Source: a virus (Duplodnaviria > Caudoviricetes). From it: a stretch of DNA of 37,113 bases. Within the stretch, counting starts at the first letter, position 1, and every line of letters begins with the position of its first letter. The notes under the pieces are model-generated. The model did no database searches. It saw only the letters and a list, made by a program, of their open reading frames with translations, and had not been told where the DNA came from. The DNA is taken from positions 1 through 37,113 of the IMG/VR virus record IMGVR_UViG_3300011335_000318. One strand, given 5' to 3'. This document shows, piece by piece, positions 8,319 to 16,185 of the stretch. A program made the translations under genes and the position numbers.

Positions 8319-8343
8319 GGGGAGCGCGTGAACCGCGCTCCCC
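8319..8343. other. Intergenic 10-bp stem-loop between the SSB-like gene and the polymerase
   Basis: GGGGAGCGCG-TGAAC-CGCGCTCCCC with no U-tract. Possible mRNA stabiliser or attenuator. Confidence 0.55.
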
Positions 8344-8349
8344 GGGAGA

Positions 8350-9078
8350 TTAGCGGCGCGCGTTCGGCGCGCGCTTTGGCGGCGTCGGTGGGGCCGGAGG
8401 TGCTTCGCCATAGACCAGCTCGTCGAGAGAGATCGCGCCGGTCAAGAATGCCGCGACGTCCGCCCGGGTCGCCCAGCCGGGGATCAAAAACTTTGGCTTA
8501 TAGTTCGTCGCGCCTTGAGCCGTGAAGCTCTCCGAACCAAACCCGAAGACCGGCAGAGACGGCGAGCCGGAGGTCATGCGGCGCACCAGCTCGGCCAAGA
8601 GATCCGAGATCGCGTTGCGCCCAGAGACAGAGTTCGTGATAAATTGCACGCTCGTCGCCGCGCCGTCGGTCGAGATACAGCCAAACCCGAGCGCGCGTTG
8701 CCATCCCTCGCCCGTCTTGGTGTTATAGGGGCCGTGGTCTTTCAAGTCCGCCTCGTTCACCGCAGCCGCCTTGTTATAGGTCGACCACTCGACCCGGTCG
8801 ACCGGTTTCCCGCCTTTCCAGCAAATCCAGCCTTCGATCACACTCTTGGGCTCGAGGATCCAGAGGACGTCGTCGGTCACGTCGGTGCGGTCGCGGCCCA
8901 GCGCATAGGACCCCGTCTTGCCCGAGAAGGACAGATAGGTGACGCTGGACCCGGATCCGGTGCGCTGTTCTTCGGTCGTGTCCGAGAGCGCAGCCATCAT
9001 CTGCTCGTCGGAGATCTCCGGAAGAGCGTTTTTGTCGAGGTAGGAAGTCAAAGAGGTCGAGTTCATGTTGTGCTCCAT
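8350..9078 (-). CDS. Putative single-stranded DNA-binding / annealing protein (242 aa)
   Basis: Lies between nuclease and polymerase. Aromatic-rich strands (YLSFSGKTG, GWICWKGG, GEGWQ, NYKPKF) resemble phage SSB-like proteins. Largely synteny-based. Confidence 0.6.
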   Translation of the reverse strand: MEHNMNSTSLTSYLDKNALPEISDEQMMAALSDTTEEQRTGSGSSVTYLSFSGKTGSYALGRDRTDVTDDVLWILEPKSVIEGWICWKGGKPVDRVEWSTYNKAAAVNEADLKDHGPYNTKTGEGWQRALGFGCISTDGAATSVQFITNSVSGRNAISDLLAELVRRMTSGSPSLPVFGFGSESFTAQGATNYKPKFLIPGWATRADVAAFLTGAISLDELVYGEAPPAPPTPPKRAPNARR

Positions 9079-9103
9079 TTTTGCACGTTGCTAAGTCCCG
9101 CGA

Positions 9104-10093
9104 TCAGATCGCGAGCGGTTTAACGGTCAGCCGTTCCGACGGCAGTCCGGTCTTCTTGAAGGGCGCGAGATCTATCCCCGCCTTCTCCATTGCCTTCTGG
9201 TCGAGAGACGAGCGCCCGGCGACGGTCATCAATTCGACCTCAATATTTCCGACGACCGTCGAGGCGGTGTTGCGCTTGCGCAGCTCCTCCTTGATCTCCT
9301 CGGCGATCGCGTCCTTTTCTTCGGAGAGCAGCTCCTGCATCTCCTTGATCTCGACGTAACGCTGCACGATCGTGTCGAGCTGCGATCCCCGGTTCGAGCG
9401 GGTGAACGCCTTCGCCTCGGTCAGGTCGACGCCGCAGCGATCAACATATGGGCAGGTCTTGCAAGAGCCGTTCGTGCGTCCCTCGCGGTCGAGCCGGTCG
9501 ACGTTCCGCGTGCGCAGCACTTGCCCGGCGCGCAGAGACATTGCCGAGAGGATCTCCGGGTCGCGCTGGATCTCGAACGGGTGCAGCTCATTAAAGTTTG
9601 ATGCGTCCATATAAACGATGATCCCGTGCCCGACGTCGAGCCCCCGGATCTTGCGCAAGAGCTCCATTGCGATCTGGATCTGCGCGACGTGCCCCTTCCG
9701 GGGCAAGTTCGCGATATTCGTGCGCGGGTCGATCGTCTTGATCTCGAGCGCGACGTGCGCGCCGGATGCGTTCCAGATCACGCCGTCGGGCGTCGCCGAG
9801 ATCCGCAGCTCGTCGTCCGCGACGCTCGCCTGATCTTCGCCGGCGTAGGCGAGCTCGAGCCCAGAGGCGCGCAGCATCTCGACGACATATTTCTCGCCGT
9901 GCGTGCCGCGCCGGGCAAAGCCCCAATCTTCAGGCGCTTCGCTGGGCTCGTGCTTGGCGAACCATTGCTTGCGGATGCACGACAGCGCCTCGGATGCGTT
10001 GAGGTATTTTGAGCGGTCGACGCTAAAGGTCTTGCGCGCGTCGATCACGTCTGCACCGACTAGGATCGCGTTCTTGAGGTCTTCGGGGGTCAT
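9104..10093 (-). CDS. Cas4/RecB-like PD-(D/E)XK exonuclease with four Cys and a C-terminal coiled coil
   Basis: ASEALSCIRK, RGTHGE, ATPDG, LEIKT, AQIQ and CKTCPYVDRC. Confidence 0.85.
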   Translation of the reverse strand: MTPEDLKNAILVGADVIDARKTFSVDRSKYLNASEALSCIRKQWFAKHEPSEAPEDWGFARRGTHGEKYVVEMLRASGLELAYAGEDQASVADDELRISATPDGVIWNASGAHVALEIKTIDPRTNIANLPRKGHVAQIQIAMELLRKIRGLDVGHGIIVYMDASNFNELHPFEIQRDPEILSAMSLRAGQVLRTRNVDRLDREGRTNGSCKTCPYVDRCGVDLTEAKAFTRSNRGSQLDTIVQRYVEIKEMQELLSEEKDAIAEEIKEELRKRNTASTVVGNIEVELMTVAGRSSLDQKAMEKAGIDLAPFKKTGLPSERLTVKPLAI

Positions 10094-10530
10094 TGTGGCA
10101 GGTCTCCTTTGTTGAGGTTTATAGGTCGGGGTCTTGGTCGAACAGGATGCGCGCCGGGGTCACGATAGAAGATATGATCGCCCCAGAGGCCGAGGATCTC
10201 AAGACCCGGGGCCCAGTTCGGCAGTGCGTCGACGGTCGCGTAGTGCGTCGCGCCGGTGCACAGCGTGCAGCCGTTCAAGAGCGCCTCGTTCGCGACGATC
10301 TGGGCGCGCAGCCATGCTTCGGCGTCGGCGGGCTTGTCGCTCTTGCCGTCTTGGGTCCACGAGAACGCACGGTTCTCATAAACGACGCCGCAGATGTCCT
10401 TGGGATACCCGGCAAGCTCGGTGCGCTCGATAGTGACCTCGGCGACGAGGCGTTGCCCGTCGATGTCTTGGTCGCGCGCTTCGAAGTAAACATTGAGGGC
10501 GAGACAGGTCGCCGCTGCGATGGTGATCAT
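10090..10530 (-). CDS. Cell-wall hydrolase, SleB / Hydrolase_2 family
   Basis: CLALNVYFEAR, ICGVVY, AFSW, GATHY and GDHIFY motifs, AGGAGG RBS. Confidence 0.9.
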   Translation of the reverse strand: MITIAAATCLALNVYFEARDQDIDGQRLVAEVTIERTELAGYPKDICGVVYENRAFSWTQDGKSDKPADAEAWLRAQIVANEALLNGCTLCTGATHYATVDALPNWAPGLEILGLWGDHIFYRDPGAHPVRPRPRPINLNKGDLPQ

Positions 10531-10539
10531 GGTGTCCTC

Positions 10540-10839
10540 CTAATGCTTCGAGCCGGCGCAGGCAGCTTCTTGCGCAGCTTGCCGGGTGGTGGCTGCGGTG
10601 ATCGTCTTCGCGGCATCGCCTAAGATTATGCCCAGCGCGGTGAGCGGGATCATGCGAGACTGACAGAATGTCGTCGACATCGACAGGATCAGGTGCAGCC
10701 CCTTGGCAGGGTCGGGCTCGTAAACCTGCACCAAGGTCAGGATAAACCCGACGAGCTCCGCCTCCGTTATGTTATCGGGAAGTGCTTCGATCGCTGGGCC
10801 CAGCCATTCGGTCCGGGGTTTTTTGTGGAACCTTCTCAT
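10540..10839 (-). CDS. Hypothetical protein (99 aa)
   Basis: AGGAG RBS and ATGA overlap with the helicase stop. MRRFHKKPRTEWLG... Confidence 0.7.
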   Translation of the reverse strand: MRRFHKKPRTEWLGPAIEALPDNITEAELVGFILTLVQVYEPDPAKGLHLILSMSTTFCQSRMIPLTALGIILGDAAKTITAATTRQAAQEAACAGSKH

Positions 10840-12179
10840 GCTTGTGCTCCTGTGTTGAGTTTGCCGTGGTGGCGCGCCTTCTCGGCGCTGATCTTGTGGA
10901 TCGCTTCGTCGATCTTGTTGTCCGCCTCGAGCGTGTCGACGTGGACGTGCTTCTCTTGCCCCATGCGATAGAGGCGCGCATAAAACTGATCCATGATAGC
11001 AGGGGACCAATCCTCCTCGACGACGATGATGCAGTTCCCCCCGCGCTGGAGGTTTAACGAGACGCCCATCGCGCCGATCTGCCCGACCAGCACGTCGATG
11101 TCGCCGGCATTGAACATCGCCTCGAGCGCAGCCTTGCGCGGAAGCGACGTGCGCCCGTCCAGCACCTCGGCGCGCAGCCCCTTGGTGCACAGCGCAGAGC
11201 GCAGGCCGTCGATGACCTCAGTGTGCCAAGCGCCGACCAGCACCGCGCCGGATGTCGCCTCTGCGCGATCGGCGATGATCTCGGCAGCGCCGGAGATCTT
11301 GCCGAGACCGATCAGGCGGCGCGCCGTCGAGAGCGCCGGATCCTTCTCGGCGAGCCCCTTCTGGATCTGCGCGCTGCTCAGTTTGCGGATCCCGGCGAGC
11401 GCAGCGGTCAATTCCGGGGAGCTCGAGAGCGAGACCGAATAGCGATTGTGCGTGATCGGTGGCATCGCCGCCCAGACGTCCGCGAGCTCGCGCCGCACGG
11501 CGACCCGGTTCGGCCCAGAATAGAGGATATCGCGCAGCTCTTCGGTGTTGCGAGATCCGACGGTCATTGTCACCGGGAAACGCGCTCCAGCGAATTTCTT
11601 TTGCTGGCGGACCGTATAGCGGAGCTGAAAGCGTTCGATTGACAACCCGCCGAGCTTCTCGCGCATCTGCACGGGAGCAGCGCGAAACAGGAACGGGATC
11701 ATGTCATCATTCCAGCGCGTCGCAGGCGTGCCCGTCAGCATCCAAGAATGCACAAATGCGTTGACGATCCCGCCGGATCCGAGGATCGCTTTGGTGCGCT
11801 TTGCGGTCGTGCTCTTGAGGGCGTGGCTCTCGTCGCAGATTAGGACAGCGCGGATCCCGTCAAGGGCGACCGCCTTGATCTCCGCGGCGCGCTTGGTCGC
11901 GATCTCGTAGGACATGATCAGGATCTGCGCAGCCGGGTCGATCTTGGTCGTGCTCGTCTTGAGGATCTGCGAGAATTGCACGAGATGCGCTTCGGCTTCG
12001 CGCGACCACATCCCGAGAGCGATCGGCGGGGCGATGATCACGAGCGGGCTTGCGCCGACGAGGCGCGCAGCCTCGAGAGCGGTCCGGGTCTTACCGGATC
12101 CCATGCCGCTAAAACACCCGGCGAACGCGCGGGACGCAAGGAAGGCGGCGTCTTCGATTTGGTAGGGGAGTAATATCAT
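10836..12179 (-). CDS. SNF2-like superfamily 2 helicase
   Basis: LLPYQ, MGSGKT, ICDESH, LTGTP, GVSLNLQ and QFYARLYRMGQ motifs. Confidence 0.93.
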   Translation of the reverse strand: MILLPYQIEDAAFLASRAFAGCFSGMGSGKTRTALEAARLVGASPLVIIAPPIALGMWSREAEAHLVQFSQILKTSTTKIDPAAQILIMSYEIATKRAAEIKAVALDGIRAVLICDESHALKSTTAKRTKAILGSGGIVNAFVHSWMLTGTPATRWNDDMIPFLFRAAPVQMREKLGGLSIERFQLRYTVRQQKKFAGARFPVTMTVGSRNTEELRDILYSGPNRVAVRRELADVWAAMPPITHNRYSVSLSSSPELTAALAGIRKLSSAQIQKGLAEKDPALSTARRLIGLGKISGAAEIIADRAEATSGAVLVGAWHTEVIDGLRSALCTKGLRAEVLDGRTSLPRKAALEAMFNAGDIDVLVGQIGAMGVSLNLQRGGNCIIVVEEDWSPAIMDQFYARLYRMGQEKHVHVDTLEADNKIDEAIHKISAEKARHHGKLNTGAQA

Positions 12180-12220
12180 GGCAGGTCTCTTTCGGTTTAC
12201 ATTGCTACGTGGACCCATGC

Positions 12221-12274
12221 GGCCCGGTCCTAGACTTAGGCGAAGTCGCGAGGAGCTGTCAAGCCCCCCGGTCC
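12221..12274 (-). promoter_or_regulatory. Sigma70-like promoter for the helicase operon, flanked by GGACCGG boxes
   Basis: Minus strand TTGACA (12262-12257)-18 nt-TAAGTC, with GGACCGGGGG upstream and GGACCGGGCC downstream. Confidence 0.6.
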
Positions 12275-12280
12275 GGCTTA

Positions 12281-13090
12281 TTACATCACACTTTCGATGA
12301 AGGCTTGCGCCGCTGGGGCAACGATTGCATTGCCGTAACCGCGCAGTCGTCCCACTCTGGCGGAAGCCCCATAAGCCAACTGGAATGAGCCGGGTTCAAC
12401 TGCCCGCCACTTTTCATCTCGGCAAGAGAGCCAATCAGCATCTCCCCAGAAGCCGTTAACCGGGCCGGGCCGTCCAGTGTAGGCCATCCCGCCAACATGG
12501 CTTGTTGTTCGATCCGCCCCTTGGTCTCCCCCGCCTCGTCCATGATCTGAGACCCCTGCCCATTGCCACCGACCCGAGGCGTCCCCCAACCGACTTGCAA
12601 CCCACCAGAGGCGCTGACGGATGTGCGGCGCGCCGAAGCCCGCAGCGCAAAGATCGAGCGCCCCTGTGGCGTAACCCGTTGCTTCCAAGTCAGAATATAC
12701 AAGGTCGAGCCAACCGAGGCCGTCTTTGCTCGCAACTTGTTCGCCAAAAACGATTGGAGGTCGGCGCTGGCTGATGAGGTGATGGAAGGCGGGCCAAAGG
12801 TGCCGCTCATCAGCAAACCCTGTTCCTTTGCCTGCCGTGCTGAAAGGCTGACACGGACACGATCCTGTCCATACAGGGCGTTCGTCGGGCCATCCTGCGC
12901 GGCGAAGGGCGTATGACCAGACGCCGATCCCTGCGAAGAAGTGGCATTGGGTGAACCCGTTGAGGTCGTTTGGCGTGACATCTTCTATGCTCCGTTCATC
13001 TACTACGCCATCCGCAATGTGGCCTTGTTTTATTAGCTCTCGCAGCCATGCAGCCGCCTTCGGGTCGTATTCGTTGTAATATGAAGTCAA
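12281..13090 (-). CDS. DNA (cytosine-5) methyltransferase, large/catalytic polypeptide (TTG start)
   Basis: FFAGIG (I), GSCPCQPFS (IV), FGEQV (VI), [10 protein letters not shown] (VIII), [10 protein letters not shown] (X). No motif IX in this frame. GAGGA RBS. Confidence 0.92.
   Translation of the reverse strand: MTSYYNEYDPKAAAWLRELIKQGHIADGVVDERSIEDVTPNDLNGFTQCHFFAGIGVWSYALRRAGWPDERPVWTGSCPCQPFSTAGKGTGFADERHLWPAFHHLISQRRPPIVFGEQVASKDGLGWLDLVYSDLEATGYATGALDLCAAGFGAPHIRQRLWWVASRLGDASGRWQWAGVSDHGRGGGDQGADRTTSHVGGMAYTGRPGPVNGFWGDADWLSCRDEKWRAVEPGSFQLAYGASARVGRLRGYGNAIVAPAAQAFIESVM
12286..12981 (-). CDS. Nested +1-frame ORF, putative second methyltransferase polypeptide carrying motif IX
   Basis: 231-codon same-strand ORF wholly inside the MTase gene. 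GGAG 8 nt before [21 protein letters not shown] resembles motif IX. Confidence 0.72.
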   Translation of the reverse strand: MSRQTTSTGSPNATSSQGSASGHTPFAAQDGPTNALYGQDRVRVSLSARQAKEQGLLMSGTFGPPSITSSASADLQSFLANKLRAKTASVGSTLYILTWKQRVTPQGRSIFALRASARRTSVSASGGLQVGWGTPRVGGNGQGSQIMDEAGETKGRIEQQAMLAGWPTLDGPARLTASGEMLIGSLAEMKSGGQLNPAHSSWLMGLPPEWDDCAVTAMQSLPQRRKPSSKV

Positions 13091-13126
13091 TGGCAGATCC
13101 TCTCTTTTCGTATGAAACGAGAGCTC

Positions 13127-13165
13127 AACCTATGACCGGTCTCGGATGCTGTCAAGGACCGATCC
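13127..13165 (-). promoter_or_regulatory. Sigma70-like leftward early promoter with two GGAYCGGTCC-like boxes
   Basis: Minus strand reads GGATCGGTCC-TTGACA-17 nt (containing GACCGGTC)-TAGGTT. Confidence 0.72.
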
Positions 13166-13168
13166 AAA

Positions 13169-13204
13169 GAAAAAGAAGACCCGCCGGAGCGGGTCTGAGT
13201 TTTT
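13169..13204. terminator. Bidirectional terminator-like hairpin in the divergent control region
   Basis: AGACCCGC-CGGA-GCGGGTCT (13177-13196), with an A-tract before and a T-tract shortly after. Confidence 0.6.
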
Positions 13205-13228
13205 ACAGGGAGGACTGAGCAGAGAGGC

Positions 13229-13258
13229 TTGCGGTGACCGCGTCTCGTCGCCTATGGT
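13229..13258 (+). promoter_or_regulatory. Putative rightward promoter for the primase-helicase
   Basis: TTGCGG-18 nt-TATGGT. Shares the GGCTTG...TCGCCTA frame with the helicase promoter. Confidence 0.5.
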
Positions 13259-13294
13259 GGGGACCTGCCAAGGCACACAATAGGAGCTTACACG

Positions 13295-15487
13295 ATGCTA
13301 AAAGACGAGGACAAACCACAACTTATAGCCGACGCGATCACCGCATCCACTAAATACCCGATTTTCTGGGTGAATGTCTACACCGATCAGCAAGGCGACA
13401 AGCACAAAATACCCGCGCTCAATCGGGACATCTGCGCAGCGAACGGGTGGGGATTAGGGACCGGCGACGACTTCAAAGCCGGGTTTTATGCCGCGACCCG
13501 GGACGAAAAGAAGATCCGGGCGATGTTCGACGCCGCAAATGGGCGCGCAACAGCGATCGGCGTCGCGACCGGCGCAGCGGATCTCGTCGTGATCGACGAC
13601 GACCGCGCGAAGAAGGTCGACCCGGTCGCCGAGGCGTTCTTCGAGCGGCACGGACCGGAGCTCGCGCAGGCTCGGATCCACCGGACGACCAGCGGCGGGA
13701 AACATTTCATATTCGCAGCGCCTCCCGGGGTCGCCGTATCGTCGCGCAAGACGTGCGACGCGATCGACATCCGAGGCGCGAGCGGCTTCGTCGTCTGGCC
13801 CCCGTCGCTGGGCTATTCGATCACGCACGACGTCGAGCCCCCGCAGATGTCGCGCGCGCTGCTCTCGGATCTCTTGCGGATGCAAACCGCTTACCGGGTC
13901 ACCGGGGCGGAAGGCGCGGGCGGAGATCTGACCGGCGTCGACGTCGAGGATCTCGAGCAGCGGATCCGCGCCGGGTCCGACTTTCACTACACGACGCTCG
14001 AGCTGACGAAGCGGTGGGCGCTTGCCGGGATGGAGCACGACGAGGCGCGCGATAAGCTCATCGCGCTTTACGACGCAGCGCGCCCAGCGGGCGGCGTGGC
14101 GCTGGGCCGATGGCAGAAGGCGCGCAAGGATGCAGAGCGCGCGCTCGAGGGCGCGATGCGCAGGTTCCGCCCCAGAGACGAACGCGCCGTGCTTGATGCT
14201 TTGGCCGGGCTCTTGGGCGAGCGCCCAGAGGGCGCGGTCGAGGAGGACGAGCCTGAGGTCGAGCCCGAGGTCGAGATCAGCACGCCCGGGCACGTTCCGC
14301 GCGCGCTGCACGCATATGAGCCGCGCCGGTGGCTCTTGGGCAATATCCTGATCCGGCAATACGTGACGGTGCTCGCCGGATCTGGGGGCGGGGGCAAGAC
14401 TTCGCTCGCGATCGGGTGGGCGCTCTCGCTCGCATCGGGCAAGCCGGTGATGGGTGAGCGCGTAGGCAAGCCGCGCCGGGTGCTGATCTGGTCAGAGGAT
14501 CCGCCGGAGGAGCTCGCAAAGCGCGTCGACGCTGCGATGCAGATCCACGGGTTGACGCGCGCCGACATCGAGGACCGCTTGATCGTCGTCTCGATCGACG
14601 AGCTTCGCATCACGATCGCCAGGTTCTCCCAAGAGCTGCGCGAGGTGATCGAGGTCGACGTCGAGGTGCTCAAGAAGATCATCATCACGAACAGGCTCGA
14701 CGTCGTGATGCTGGATCCGATCGCCGAGCTTCACGAGCTGGAAGAGAACGACAACGTCCAGATGGCAAAGCTGATGGGCATGGTCCGGTCCGTCGCGCGC
14801 GAAACCAAGGCGTCGATCTTGCTCTTGCATCACGCATCGAAGGCGTCGGTCGACGCAGGCAAGAAGAGCGCGGCGACCGCGACCCGGGGAGCTGGGGCGA
14901 TCGTCAACTCTGCGCGCGTCTCCATGGTGCTCAACGAGATGACCGCCAAGGACGCCGAGGACTTCGGGATCCGAGAGGACGAGCGCCCCCTCTATGGGGA
15001 GCTGACGCGCCCTAAGGCGAACATGGGGCCGCGCACGTTCGGCGGGGACTTTGTCAAGGTCGAGCTGGTCCCGTTCGGCAACGGCGACGAAGAGAACGAC
15101 GAAGACACGGTCGCCGTCTCGACGGTCTGGAAGCCGTCGCCCAGCTCGCAGGCCGAGCGGATCGGGGACATGGTCATCGCAGTGCAGACCTTGCAGGCGG
15201 TTCCCCCGCAGGAGCGCCGCACGAAGGGCGCGTCGCGCGCAGATTATCCCGTCGCCAAGGCGCTGGGCTTGGATCTGGGATATGAGAAGACCAAGGCGGA
15301 TCTGACGAAGGACGAGAGCGCGGCGCGCGGTCGCGTGCTCGCGGTGCTCTCGCAGCTCGTCGGGATGGGCGCGCTCGAGGTCGTCGACTTCAAGGACACC
15401 GGACCGGGGAAGAACCACGGGAAAGCGTATCAAGTCACGAAGGGCGGGCTCGCGCTCGTCGAGAACATGATTGGAGAAGAGGTATGA
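13295..15487 (+). CDS. Prim-Pol (bifunctional primase/polymerase) fused to an AAA_25/RepA-like helicase
   Basis: GVATG..LVVIDDD, TTSGGKHFIF and IDIRG..GFVVWPPS. Walker A GSGGGGKTS, Walker B VVMLDP, LLHHASK. Confidence 0.92.
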   Translation: MLKDEDKPQLIADAITASTKYPIFWVNVYTDQQGDKHKIPALNRDICAANGWGLGTGDDFKAGFYAATRDEKKIRAMFDAANGRATAIGVATGAADLVVIDDDRAKKVDPVAEAFFERHGPELAQARIHRTTSGGKHFIFAAPPGVAVSSRKTCDAIDIRGASGFVVWPPSLGYSITHDVEPPQMSRALLSDLLRMQTAYRVTGAEGAGGDLTGVDVEDLEQRIRAGSDFHYTTLELTKRWALAGMEHDEARDKLIALYDAARPAGGVALGRWQKARKDAERALEGAMRRFRPRDERAVLDALAGLLGERPEGAVEEDEPEVEPEVEISTPGHVPRALHAYEPRRWLLGNILIRQYVTVLAGSGGGGKTSLAIGWALSLASGKPVMGERVGKPRRVLIWSEDPPEELAKRVDAAMQIHGLTRADIEDRLIVVSIDELRITIARFSQELREVIEVDVEVLKKIIITNRLDVVMLDPIAELHELEENDNVQMAKLMGMVRSVARETKASILLLHHASKASVDAGKKSAATATRGAGAIVNSARVSMVLNEMTAKDAEDFGIREDERPLYGELTRPKANMGPRTFGGDFVKVELVPFGNGDEENDEDTVAVSTVWKPSPSSQAERIGDMVIAVQTLQAVPPQERRTKGASRADYPVAKALGLDLGYEKTKADLTKDESAARGRVLAVLSQLVGMGALEVVDFKDTGPGKNHGKAYQVTKGGLALVENMIGEEV

Positions 15488-15741
15488 CGATCACGCACGC
15501 GCGTCTCGCGCGCTTGGCGAGCGCGAAGACCGACAAGATCCCGGACGATCACGACGCGATCGTCGCGGAGCTCACGGCGCTGCAAAACGGGATCAACGCG
15601 ATGATCGCCCGGCGTGATGCTGCGATCTGGTCCGCCGACACGAAAACTATGCATCACGCAAACTATAGGCTGATGATCGACCGGCAAAAGAAGCGCCTTC
15701 TAATCCGCCGGCTCAACAAACTGGAAGGGAAAGACGAATGA
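15484..15741 (+). CDS. Hypothetical protein (85 aa)
   Basis: ATGA-coupled on both sides, with RBS. Confidence 0.7.
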   Translation: MTITHARLARLASAKTDKIPDDHDAIVAELTALQNGINAMIARRDAAIWSADTKTMHHANYRLMIDRQKKRLLIRRLNKLEGKDE

Positions 15742-16028
15742 ACAGAAAAGAGATCCTCGACACGGCGACGCAATACGTCACCAAGGATCGAGCAGAGACG
15801 CACGGCGACGCCGAGAAGAGCTTCGCGCTCATCGCGCGCTATTGGGGGACGCACTTGGGGGTCACGATCAACGCGTTGGACGTCGCGGTTATGATGGCGC
15901 TCTTCAAGATTGCGCGCCTCAAAGGCAACCCCGGGCACGTCGACAACTGGGTCGATGCGTGCGGTTATCTCGCGTGCGGTGGAGAGATTGCGACCGACGC
16001 TCGCGTCGGTTTAGAGCGCGCTAAATGA
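15738..16028 (+). CDS. DUF6378-like protein
   Basis: DR...HG....F..IA.YW, DVAVMMALFKIAR and HVDNWVDACGY pattern. Confidence 0.8.
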   Translation: MNRKEILDTATQYVTKDRAETHGDAEKSFALIARYWGTHLGVTINALDVAVMMALFKIARLKGNPGHVDNWVDACGYLACGGEIATDARVGLERAK

Positions 16029-16051
16029 CCGCGCAAAACAGCCTAAAAATA

Positions 16052-16185
16052 TGGGAGGAGAGGACAGGTTTCCCTATAGTATTATCCTCTCCTCCCCTCC
16101 CTGTCCGTGGCCGGTGTGAACCCGAAGGGGAAACCCCGCTAAAGCGGGGGTTACCCCTCCGGGGTTCTGTCCGATTTTGGGTCAC
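16052..16185. repeat. Structured intergenic repeat, copy A
   Basis: 16052-16102 is identical to 23262-23312, and similarity continues to about 16185. Two hairpins. Confidence 0.92.

Noticed and set aside
9104-10093. Cas4-like nuclease as evidence of a CRISPR-Cas system
   Set aside because: Stand-alone Cas4/RecB-like nucleases are routine in phage replication modules, and there is no array or other cas gene.
16065-16084. Minus strand TAATACTATAGGGAAA resembles the T7 promoter TAATACGACTCACTATAGGG
   Set aside because: The GACTCAC specificity core is missing, no single-subunit RNA polymerase is encoded, and it would point away from the late genes.
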